Below are positions 8,909 to 16,436 of a stretch of DNA of 64,000 nucleotides, in pieces. A program made the translations under genes and the position numbers. The DNA comes from Gammaproteobacteria bacterium. Lineage in GTDB: Bacteria > Pseudomonadota > Gammaproteobacteria > Magnimaribacterales > D2472. Under the pieces are notes generated by a model. It worked only from the letters and a program-made list of their open reading frames with translations. It was not told the DNA's origin and did not search any database. Position 1 is the stretch's first letter. The number at the start of each line of letters is the position of its first letter. The stretch covers positions 20,466 to 84,465 of the forward strand of contig JBJLIB010000014.1 of the NCBI GenBank assembly GCA_045564015.1, in the 5' to 3' direction.

Positions 8909-9817
8909 TTGCTTTATTTTATATTTGCATTTCTTGTTTTAGCTTGTGTCTATATAGGTAACGCAGCCTTATCGATATTTGCTGGGATTCTTTTTGCCTA
9001 CTTTTTAAAGCCACCAACAACATTTATTACGCGGCGTGTAGGGACTATGCCATTGCAGATTGGTATTGTCTTATTAGGAGCAACCATTAGTTTGCCATAT
9101 GCACTTGCTGTTAGCTCAGTATATTTACCTTGGATTGCACTCTTTGTAATTGTTTCATTTGTTGCAGGGCTGATGCTTGGCAAACTTCTTGGAATTCATC
9201 ATCGATTAGCTTTTTTATTATCGTCAGGAGCAGCCATTTGTGGAGGAACTGCTATGGCAGCTGTTGCACCAATCATAAAGGCAAAACCCCAAGAGCTGCT
9301 AATCGCTATGACCATTATTTTTTTGCTTAACGCTGTTGCAATTATTGTATTTCCTCTTGTTGGTAATTATTTAGAAATGAATAATTTTGAGTTTGGCGCA
9401 TGGGCTGCGCTTGCCATTCATGATACAGGCTCAGTGATTGGCTCAGCTCTAACTTTCAGCAATGAATCTGCTGAAGTTGCAGCCACATTAAAATTAGGTA
9501 GAACTATATGGTTAATACCATTAATACTCCTTGCAAATTGGATGTTTAATAAGAAGGCTCAAGCAACGAAATTTCCTAGATTTATACTATTTTTTATTTT
9601 AGCTATTGCTGCTAATACTGTATTTACTTTTAATGAACAGGTAATCAATATTCTCCAAATATCTAGCCAGGCCTTTCTATTAATTGGTTTATTTTGTATT
9701 GGCAGTCAATTTGATCCTAATGAGCTAAATTCAATAAGTGGTAAACCATTAGTTTTAGCCTTGACGCTATGGGCTCTTGTTATCCCTTCAGCATATTTTT
9801 TAGTTAAATATTTTTGA
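8909..9817 (+). CDS. YeiH/UPF0324-family membrane protein (putative sulfate exporter family)
   Basis: Polytopic membrane ORF containing GAAICGGTAMAAVAP, which resembles the conserved G-x-AICG-x-SA-x-AA segment of YeiH proteins. It has a TTG start and is somewhat short for the family. Confidence 0.55.
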   Translation: MLYFIFAFLVLACVYIGNAALSIFAGILFAYFLKPPTTFITRRVGTMPLQIGIVLLGATISLPYALAVSSVYLPWIALFVIVSFVAGLMLGKLLGIHHRLAFLLSSGAAICGGTAMAAVAPIIKAKPQELLIAMTIIFLLNAVAIIVFPLVGNYLEMNNFEFGAWAALAIHDTGSVIGSALTFSNESAEVAATLKLGRTIWLIPLILLANWMFNKKAQATKFPRFILFFILAIAANTVFTFNEQVINILQISSQAFLLIGLFCIGSQFDPNELNSISGKPLVLALTLWALVIPSAYFLVKYF

Positions 9818-9869
9818 TTGCATTTAAGTTAATATAATCTTTGATTATGAATTTTAATCTGGGAGATGA

Positions 9870-10715
9870 ATGAAAAATTTTGAAAACAAAGTAGCTGTAA
9901 TAACCGGCGCGGGTAGTGGCATAGGTCGGGGTATTGCCGAAATTTCAGCCACCCATAAAATGCGTTTAGTGCTAGCAGATGTAGATGAAGCTGGGTTAAA
10001 TGAAACTCTTGAGTTGGTGAAAAGTAAAGGTGTTGAAGCGATAGCTAGAGTAACGGATGTCAGCAACATTGATGAAGTGGAGAATCTCGCGAGTCAAACT
10101 TTTGAAACTTTTCAAAATTGCCATCTTCTTTTTAATAATGCTGGAGTTCTGGGTCCAGCACCTTTGAGTCAAGTCAATCGTGATATGTATGATTGGCTTA
10201 TCAATATTAATTTAGGTGGTTGTTTTAATGGAGTGCATGCTTTTTTGCCAAAAATGCAATCGTCCAAAGAGGAAAGTCATATCATTGCAACTTGCTCAAC
10301 CTCAGGCTTTATAGCTTACCCAATGTTAGGTCTTTATTCGGCTTCTAAATTTGGCATTAGGGGGCTAATGACATCGCTAAGGGCTGAATTAATTGGTTCA
10401 AATGTTGATGTAAGCATTGTTTGCCCAGGAGAGGTAACAACAAATATTGTAAATAGCACATTTAAAAGTACGTCAAAGCAAAAGACGGAGCCTAGAACAG
10501 AGGATTTAGATGAAGATCCAAAAGCTATGCTTGAGGTTGCGGCTGAGGATGCACAAAATACTTTTCCAATTTCACCCGTTGAGGCTGCGCAAGCTATTTT
10601 TGCTGGAATTGAAAATAAAGATTTTTATATATTCACTCATAAGGGTTACAAACGTCAATTAGAAGAGATTTCAAATGAATATCTTCAGGCCTTTGAGCAA
10701 TCAATGTTCCAGTAG
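9870..10715 (+). CDS. short-chain dehydrogenase/reductase (SDR) family oxidoreductase
   Basis: The cofactor motif TGAGSGIGRG and the catalytic YSASK are both present. Confidence 0.85.
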   Translation: MKNFENKVAVITGAGSGIGRGIAEISATHKMRLVLADVDEAGLNETLELVKSKGVEAIARVTDVSNIDEVENLASQTFETFQNCHLLFNNAGVLGPAPLSQVNRDMYDWLININLGGCFNGVHAFLPKMQSSKEESHIIATCSTSGFIAYPMLGLYSASKFGIRGLMTSLRAELIGSNVDVSIVCPGEVTTNIVNSTFKSTSKQKTEPRTEDLDEDPKAMLEVAAEDAQNTFPISPVEAAQAIFAGIENKDFYIFTHKGYKRQLEEISNEYLQAFEQSMFQ

Positions 10716-10722
10716 GAGATCC

Positions 10723-11928
10723 ATGATGCTGAATAAAATTTTAATTGGAATCTTTGTAGCTGTTTTTTTTGCTGCCGTTATATACATCCCCAAAGCCATA
10801 AGGGTTTACAATGTCGTTCACTTATTTGATGAAGATAAGATTGTGAAAAATTTTATAAACATGAATAAGGTTTTTCCAACCACACCTATAAAGTCCTCAG
10901 GAAAACCTCATCTATTTCAAACTAAGGCCTTTGAGCTTCCCTCATCTTATGCAATGGATGGCAAGGATCATGATTTTGCTGATGCTTTGGATTACTTTAA
11001 AACAGATGGTTTGATAGTTTTGCATGAAGGGACCTTGCTTTATGAAAATTATTGGCAAGGCAATTCAAAAGATCAACCCCATATTTCTTGGTCTGTTGCC
11101 AAGTCATTTCTCTCAGCCTTAATTGGAATTGCTTATCATGACGGTCTTATCGATGACCTCAATGATCCCATTACAAAGTATCTAAAAGATTTTAATGGAA
11201 CGGGGTATGCGAATGTGCCGATAAAAGACATTTTACAAATGTCATCTGGAATTATATTTAATGAGGATTATGCTGATTACAACTCAGACATAAATAAATT
11301 TGCTCGAGCTTTAGCGCAAGGTACTTCCATGAGAGATTTTGCTAAAAATTTAAAAAATGGAAAACAGCCAGGTACTTTTAATCACTATGTAAGCATTGAT
11401 ACTCAAATGCTAGCAATGCTGCTTGAGGAAGTTACTGGCGAGACTGTTGCAAAAAATCTTGAAGATAAAATTTGGACAAAAATAGGTATGGAGCATGATG
11501 CCTACTATATGGTAGATGATACAGGGGTAGCTTGGGCTCTTGGTGGTTTAAATGCAACTTTACGTGATTATGCAAAATTTGGTCAGCTCTACCTAAATAA
11601 TGGTACATGGAATAACGAACAGATTGTGCCAGCAGATTGGGTCCATGCATCTCATAAGCTAGATGAACCTCATCTTCAACCCGGTGAAAATGATTTATCT
11701 TCAAGTACTTGGGGTTATGGCTATCAATGGTGGGTTCCTGGCTTTCCAGCCTCTGACTATTTGGCAGCTGGGATTTATAATCAGTACATATATATTGATC
11801 CAATTACCAATGTTGTGATTGCCAAAACTTCATCAAACTATAAATTTAATCAAGAGCGACAATACTCTAAAGATGCTCATGTAGCTATGTTTCGAGCAAT
11901 TGCTAAAAAAGTAGCCGCAACGCTTTAA
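10723..11928 (+). CDS. serine hydrolase of the beta-lactamase / PBP (class C-like) family, membrane-anchored or secreted
   Basis: An SxxK motif (SVAK) follows an N-terminal hydrophobic anchor. I prefer the start at ATG 10723 because AGGAG sits at 10714-10718 and the upstream gene ends at 10715. The ORF track starts at 10675. Confidence 0.75.
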   Translation: MMLNKILIGIFVAVFFAAVIYIPKAIRVYNVVHLFDEDKIVKNFINMNKVFPTTPIKSSGKPHLFQTKAFELPSSYAMDGKDHDFADALDYFKTDGLIVLHEGTLLYENYWQGNSKDQPHISWSVAKSFLSALIGIAYHDGLIDDLNDPITKYLKDFNGTGYANVPIKDILQMSSGIIFNEDYADYNSDINKFARALAQGTSMRDFAKNLKNGKQPGTFNHYVSIDTQMLAMLLEEVTGETVAKNLEDKIWTKIGMEHDAYYMVDDTGVAWALGGLNATLRDYAKFGQLYLNNGTWNNEQIVPADWVHASHKLDEPHLQPGENDLSSSTWGYGYQWWVPGFPASDYLAAGIYNQYIYIDPITNVVIAKTSSNYKFNQERQYSKDAHVAMFRAIAKKVAATL

Positions 11929-11930
11929 GC

Positions 11931-12725
11931 ATGATTAAAAACCTTTCTTTAGCGCTGTTGATTGTTTTTTCATTTAATGTGGATGCATGGTGGGACAAGG
12001 CTCATAGCATGGTGTGTGATGAGGCCTATAAGTTATTAACAGCGCCAACAAAGAAATTTTTAGATCCTCTCATTAAAGAACACGGATCATTTGGCACTGC
12101 ATGCCTTTGGGCTGATTGGATTAAAAATGATGACAGAAAAGATACAAGGTCTTGGCATTACATTAATCTTCCTGATTCAGAACAAGACACATACAAAACT
12201 TCATGTCCAGAAAATGGATGTTTGATTGCTGCTTTCCATGAGCAAATGAAAATTTTAAACAATAGCTCTGAATCATTTCTTTTAAGGGCCGAGGCTCTTT
12301 GGTTTATAGGTCATTTTGTTGGCGATATCCACCAACCGATGCATGTAGGTTACCCAGAAGACAGAGGGGGGAATGATCACAAACTTGAATTTTCTGATGG
12401 CAGCTTAACCAATATGCATAGTGTATGGGATGGGCAAATTATCGAACATATGGACTCCTTGTTTGGCGAAGGGTATCTATTGATGAATGTTTCTAAAAAA
12501 ATAAATAAACTTTTGCACAACTCCCATCCTGAAGAATTTGAAGCATGGGCTCAAGAAAGTCGAGATATTGCAATGCTGCCATCAGTTGGTTATCGCAATA
12601 ATGAATTAAAAGTTGTTACGAATGAATACATGGAAAGTCATTTTGAAATTGTTCAAGAGAGGATTGCTCTTGGGGCAATTAGACTAAGTCAAACTTTAAA
12701 TAGGATGCATCTAGGGAGTAATTGA
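11931..12725 (+). CDS. secreted S1/P1-family zinc nuclease
   Basis: After the signal peptide, the mature protein starts at Trp (VDA|WWDKAH). Zinc-ligand motifs are present: HFVGDIHQPMH, GGN and HSVWD. Confidence 0.85.
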   Translation: MIKNLSLALLIVFSFNVDAWWDKAHSMVCDEAYKLLTAPTKKFLDPLIKEHGSFGTACLWADWIKNDDRKDTRSWHYINLPDSEQDTYKTSCPENGCLIAAFHEQMKILNNSSESFLLRAEALWFIGHFVGDIHQPMHVGYPEDRGGNDHKLEFSDGSLTNMHSVWDGQIIEHMDSLFGEGYLLMNVSKKINKLLHNSHPEEFEAWAQESRDIAMLPSVGYRNNELKVVTNEYMESHFEIVQERIALGAIRLSQTLNRMHLGSN

Positions 12726-12728
12726 TCA

Positions 12729-13658
12729 TTGGATATTCGTCGTTTTTTTAAATATCTCACTCCCTCCAAAAAAACAAAGCTGGTTTTATCCTTCGATGGA
12801 GGAGGAGTAAGGGCAATTGCTGCAGTGGTTTTTCTTAAACAATTAGAAATTGCTTCAGGAAAAAAAATTTTTGATATTTTTGATTTTTTTATTGGTACCA
12901 GCGCTGGCGGAATAAATGCTTTGAATATTGCAGGGTTGGAGGCCAGTTGTTTTGAATTAGAAAACTTTTGGTCAAAAGAAAATCTAGCCAAAACCATGTC
13001 TAAATCATTCTGGGATAACGCTTCTTTTTTACAAACAAAGCCAAAATATGATGGTAAGGGCAAGCGAGAATTACTATTAGAATATTTTAAAGATCAATCT
13101 CTTGGTGAGGCCAAAAAACCTGTTGCAGTTTTAGCCTATGATGTTGAAAATAGAAAACCTCGTTTACTAAGTTCATATAGTTCACCTGGAATAAAAATGG
13201 TTAGTGCAGCAAGCGCAACCAGTGCTGCGCCTATTTATTATTCCACTCAAGAAATTGATGACGGAACTTGGCTGATAGATGGCGGTATTGTTGCTAACAA
13301 TCCATCTTTGCTTGGATATTCAGAGGCTAAGAAAATTTTTCCAGGATGTGACATAAAAGTTTTTAGTATTGGAGCCGGTATTAATAGAAGAAAAATCAAT
13401 GGCTATAACTCTTCTAAGTGGGGAGCTTTGAATTGGTTTCGTCATGATATTTTAGGCATTATGCTCGAATCAAGTATGTTTGATGAAATAGCAGGCGATT
13501 TAATGGGTGAAAACTATCTAAGGGTTAATTCACCAACAGGCTTGGTTAATAGAAGAATGGATGATACTTCGGATGTAAACCTGGAGCGCATTCATCTGAT
13601 GGGGATGGAGTGGTGGTCTGAGTTTGGACAAGAAACTGCTGAGTTCTTAAATGTTTAA
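12729..13658 (+). CDS. patatin-like phospholipase
   Basis: It carries the oxyanion motif DGGGVRA, the nucleophile elbow GTSAGG and the Asp of the catalytic dyad in IDGG. TTG start; no signal peptide. Confidence 0.85.
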   Translation: MDIRRFFKYLTPSKKTKLVLSFDGGGVRAIAAVVFLKQLEIASGKKIFDIFDFFIGTSAGGINALNIAGLEASCFELENFWSKENLAKTMSKSFWDNASFLQTKPKYDGKGKRELLLEYFKDQSLGEAKKPVAVLAYDVENRKPRLLSSYSSPGIKMVSAASATSAAPIYYSTQEIDDGTWLIDGGIVANNPSLLGYSEAKKIFPGCDIKVFSIGAGINRRKINGYNSSKWGALNWFRHDILGIMLESSMFDEIAGDLMGENYLRVNSPTGLVNRRMDDTSDVNLERIHLMGMEWWSEFGQETAEFLNV

Positions 13659-13725
13659 TATATTAAGTTTTATCTAGAAAAATGCTGTACACTTCGTTTT
13701 TTGTTTTTCATTAAGAAGGAATTTT

Positions 13726-13965
13726 ATGAATATTTATGTTGGAAATCTCCCTTGGAGTATTGATGATGCAAGTCTTGAGCAAGTTTTTGCTGAGCACGGC
13801 ACAGTTACCTCAGCCAAAGTCATCACTGATCGTCAAACTAATCGCTCCCGTGGGTTCGGTTTTGTTGAAATGTCTGATGGCGGTGAAAATGCCATTCAAG
13901 CATTAAATGATGCTGAAGTTGAGGGCAGAAAATTAGTCGTCAACGAGTCTCGTCCTAGAGATTAA
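13726..13965 (+). CDS. RRM-type RNA-binding protein
   Basis: 79 aa with RNP-2 (IYVGNL) and RNP-1 (RGFGFVEM) motifs. Confidence 0.9.
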   Translation: MNIYVGNLPWSIDDASLEQVFAEHGTVTSAKVITDRQTNRSRGFGFVEMSDGGENAIQALNDAEVEGRKLVVNESRPRD

Positions 13966-13968
13966 TCT

Positions 13969-14244
13969 ATGAGTTACCTGGGGCTGGTTGGATTATTCGG
14001 TCTTATCGGTTTAACAGGTCTTCTTAATAAAGTTCATCCAAGTCAATCTGGCGGCCCAATTAGATTATTGGGCCTGCTAGGTTTTTTAGGCTTGGTTGGA
14101 TTTTGGATTCCACCTCTTGGAGCTTGCGGAGCTTTTGGTGCTCTCGGAGTTTGGAATCATCAAAATACTTCTATTGCACGATTGTCTTATGTTGGCTGGC
14201 TAGGATTGATCGGGGTTGTTCAAACTATTAGTTTTTATCTTTAG
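13969..14244 (+). CDS. small Gly/Leu-repeat membrane protein (hypothetical)
   Basis: 91 aa with three copies of a GL-x-GL-x-GL type segment: YLGLVGLFGLIGLTGL, LLGLLGFLGLVGF and YVGWLGLIGV. It starts 4 nt after the RRM gene stop. Confidence 0.4.
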   Translation: MSYLGLVGLFGLIGLTGLLNKVHPSQSGGPIRLLGLLGFLGLVGFWIPPLGACGAFGALGVWNHQNTSIARLSYVGWLGLIGVVQTISFYL

Positions 14245-14617
14245 TTGCCAGCACCAGTAAGCCTGCAGCAATAGCCAAGTTTTTCACAAAATTTTGTATT
14301 TCATGTGCTTGCGATGGATCGCCATTGAGTGCCCAAAAATTGTGGATAAAGATATTTATAAAAATGGTTAAACCAAATAGCATGAACGCTGTCAATCTTA
14401 AGTTTTTTCCTAGAATTAGAAAAATACCACCAAGCAACTGAATGGCAATGGTTAAAGGTAGAAGAAATAAGCTGAATGGAACACCTTTCATTCTCATTAA
14501 TGCAAGCGTAGATGCAAAATCAAAAACTTTGCTCAATCCCGGGCCTATAAAATATAATCCAAGCAGGGATCTCCCCGTAATAAAAAATAAATTGTCTAGT
14601 TTTTTTAACCATTCCAT
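14228..14617 (-). CDS. DoxX-family membrane protein
   Basis: Four hydrophobic segments with DoxX-like sequence (LLGLYFIGPGLSKV...). I prefer ATG 14617 because the longer ORF (to 14680) would overlap the divergent gene's start. Confidence 0.6.
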   Translation of the reverse strand: MEWLKKLDNLFFITGRSLLGLYFIGPGLSKVFDFASTLALMRMKGVPFSLFLLPLTIAIQLLGGIFLILGKNLRLTAFMLFGLTIFINIFIHNFWALNGDPSQAHEIQNFVKNLAIAAGLLVLATKDKN

Positions 14618-14678
14618 TTGATGTCCTGTTATTAGTTTTAATACTAGACTAACATTAATATAAAAATAGGAGATTGAC

Positions 14679-15485
14679 ATGAAAAATATTTATCACACTT
14701 TAGGCCTGCTAATTTTTGTTGTTAGTTTTATAGGAAATATAGAAGCCGCTCATCACGAAGATGCTTTACTTGATGCAGTAAATAATTCTGATAGAAATTC
14801 TAAATACTCTGCAAGAGATGATTATAGAAATCCTTACGAGACACTTTCATTTTTTCAAATCAAACCCACGATGCATGTATTAGAATTATCTGCTGGAGGA
14901 GGTTGGTACACTGAGATATTAGCTCCATATCTACAACCTGCAGGCAAGCTCTCTGTTACGCACCATAATCCTGAGGCAGGAGGTTATTATAAGCGTTCAA
15001 GAAATTCTTATGATGAGAAGGTTAAGTCCAATCCTTTATTTATGGGAGTGGAGGTAATTACTGCTGATGTTCCTCCAACGAAGCCATTTACCAAGCCCGC
15101 AACGCAAGACTTGGTTGTTACATTTAGAAATCTACATAATTGGTTAGGCCAAGATGCCATGAAGGCCATAATGCAAGAAGCATTCAATTCTTTAAAAGAG
15201 GGCGGGCATTTTGGAGTCGTGGAGCATAGGGCGCCGGAGGGTTCAGACTTAGAATTCATGAAAAAGAGCGGTTATGTTACACAATCACTTGCGATTCAAA
15301 CAGCGCAGGAAGTTGGATTTAAGCTCGTTGCTTCATCTGAGATTAATGCCAATCCAAAGGATACCGCAGATCATCCTAGAGGGGTTTGGACGCTCCCACC
15401 TTCTTTTCGTTTGAAGGACCAAGATAGAGAAAAATATGCTGCAATAGGTGAATCAGACAGAATGACCTTGCTATTCGAGAAATAA
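14679..15485 (+). CDS. secreted class I SAM-methyltransferase-fold protein (COG4798-like)
   Basis: A signal peptide is followed by AHHE, then the glycine-rich motif VLELSAGGGWYTE. The C-terminal half (HRAPEG...HPRGVWTLPP) is typical of this predicted methyltransferase group, as far as I remember it. Confidence 0.55.
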   Translation: MKNIYHTLGLLIFVVSFIGNIEAAHHEDALLDAVNNSDRNSKYSARDDYRNPYETLSFFQIKPTMHVLELSAGGGWYTEILAPYLQPAGKLSVTHHNPEAGGYYKRSRNSYDEKVKSNPLFMGVEVITADVPPTKPFTKPATQDLVVTFRNLHNWLGQDAMKAIMQEAFNSLKEGGHFGVVEHRAPEGSDLEFMKKSGYVTQSLAIQTAQEVGFKLVASSEINANPKDTADHPRGVWTLPPSFRLKDQDREKYAAIGESDRMTLLFEK

Positions 15486-15554
15486 GAATTTTATTTATTA
15501 ACTAGAATGTGCGAGTATTAGATATAAACACACATTCATCTCAAGGGGAATTTA

Positions 15555-16250
15555 ATGAAAAATCTATTTTTAATTCTAACATTAGGACTAAGTTTAAGCT
15601 TGTATGCAGGACATCATGAAGAGGGTGAAAAAGATTCATCCATGCATGAAAATAACTTTGTCTATATTTCAACTTATACCCAACCAGCTGGAGGTAATCC
15701 TGAAAGACTAAAGAAATCGCTTCTTGCTAATCTTGATACTCTTGAGAAAAATGGTTACAACTCCTGTGGAATGCTTCGTCATCAATTTGGTGGTGGAAGA
15801 TCATTCCTAACCTATTGTTATTTTGACAGTTGGGAGCAATTTGCAGCAATCAATGACTCCAATGATCCAATTGCAGGTGGAAACCAAAGACAGCTGTTTG
15901 GTGATCATACAGATAAACTTGCAGCAGTTGTAGTAAGAAATTTAACAAAGCCCACGCCATACGTTTTGGAGGCAAAATATTCTTTTGGACCATATTTAAC
16001 TGACAATGAAAGACGAGTGAATGCAAGAAAATTATTTGATGCTTATGACAAAGCTTTTGGCGGTTGCAACATGGCCGAGCACATGTGGGGCCCTGAGCTC
16101 ACTTGGAATTTTTATTGCGGATACGATAGTTATGCCGATTGGGGTAAAAAAGTAGAAGTGCTTTCTGCTATTCACGAAAAAGAGCTTGCTGATATGAAAT
16201 TAGATGTTATGGATCACTCTGATCATTTAATGACGAGGGTTCAAAGGTAG
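15555..16250 (+). CDS. hypothetical secreted protein with an internal two-fold repeat
   Basis: The signal peptide ends YA|GHHE. There are two ~90-aa repeats, each carrying C-x-M-x2-H-x10-YC-x-(F/Y)-DS. Confidence 0.6.
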   Translation: MKNLFLILTLGLSLSLYAGHHEEGEKDSSMHENNFVYISTYTQPAGGNPERLKKSLLANLDTLEKNGYNSCGMLRHQFGGGRSFLTYCYFDSWEQFAAINDSNDPIAGGNQRQLFGDHTDKLAAVVVRNLTKPTPYVLEAKYSFGPYLTDNERRVNARKLFDAYDKAFGGCNMAEHMWGPELTWNFYCGYDSYADWGKKVEVLSAIHEKELADMKLDVMDHSDHLMTRVQR

Positions 16251-16276
16251 TTTTTTCTATCTAATACCATACAGGA

Positions 16277-16300
16277 GAGGGGCTTTAAGCCCCTCCTTTT
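16277..16300 (+). terminator. intrinsic terminator
   Basis: A GC-rich 7-bp stem (GAGGGGC/GCCCCUC) with loop UUUAA, followed by CUUUU. Confidence 0.7.
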
Positions 16301-16373
16301 ATAGCGTACGCTGCATCTCACATAGTAAATTTGGCCAGATCCATTGACGGCATAGAGGAGTTTTTTCTAAGGC

Positions 16374-16401
16374 TTGACAACCTTGTCAATTTATTGATAA
16401 T
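16374..16401 (+). promoter_or_regulatory. sigma70-type promoter of the TBDR gene, with a palindrome over the -35
   Basis: TTGACA (16374-16379), a 16-nt spacer, then GATAAT (16396-16401). TTGACAAccTTGTCAA (16374-16389) is a perfect inverted repeat. Confidence 0.55.
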
Positions 16402-16436
16402 CCTAAAGTGTATACATCTAATTATTGGGGAAAATA

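Noticed and set aside
11931-13658. The adjacent S1/P1 nuclease and patatin phospholipase as a possible anti-phage effector pair.
   Set aside because: The nuclease has a signal peptide and a mature N-terminal Trp typical of secreted nutrient-scavenging P1 nucleases. No sensor, cyclase, NTPase or other defence-associated gene is nearby. The neighbours are ordinary hydrolases.
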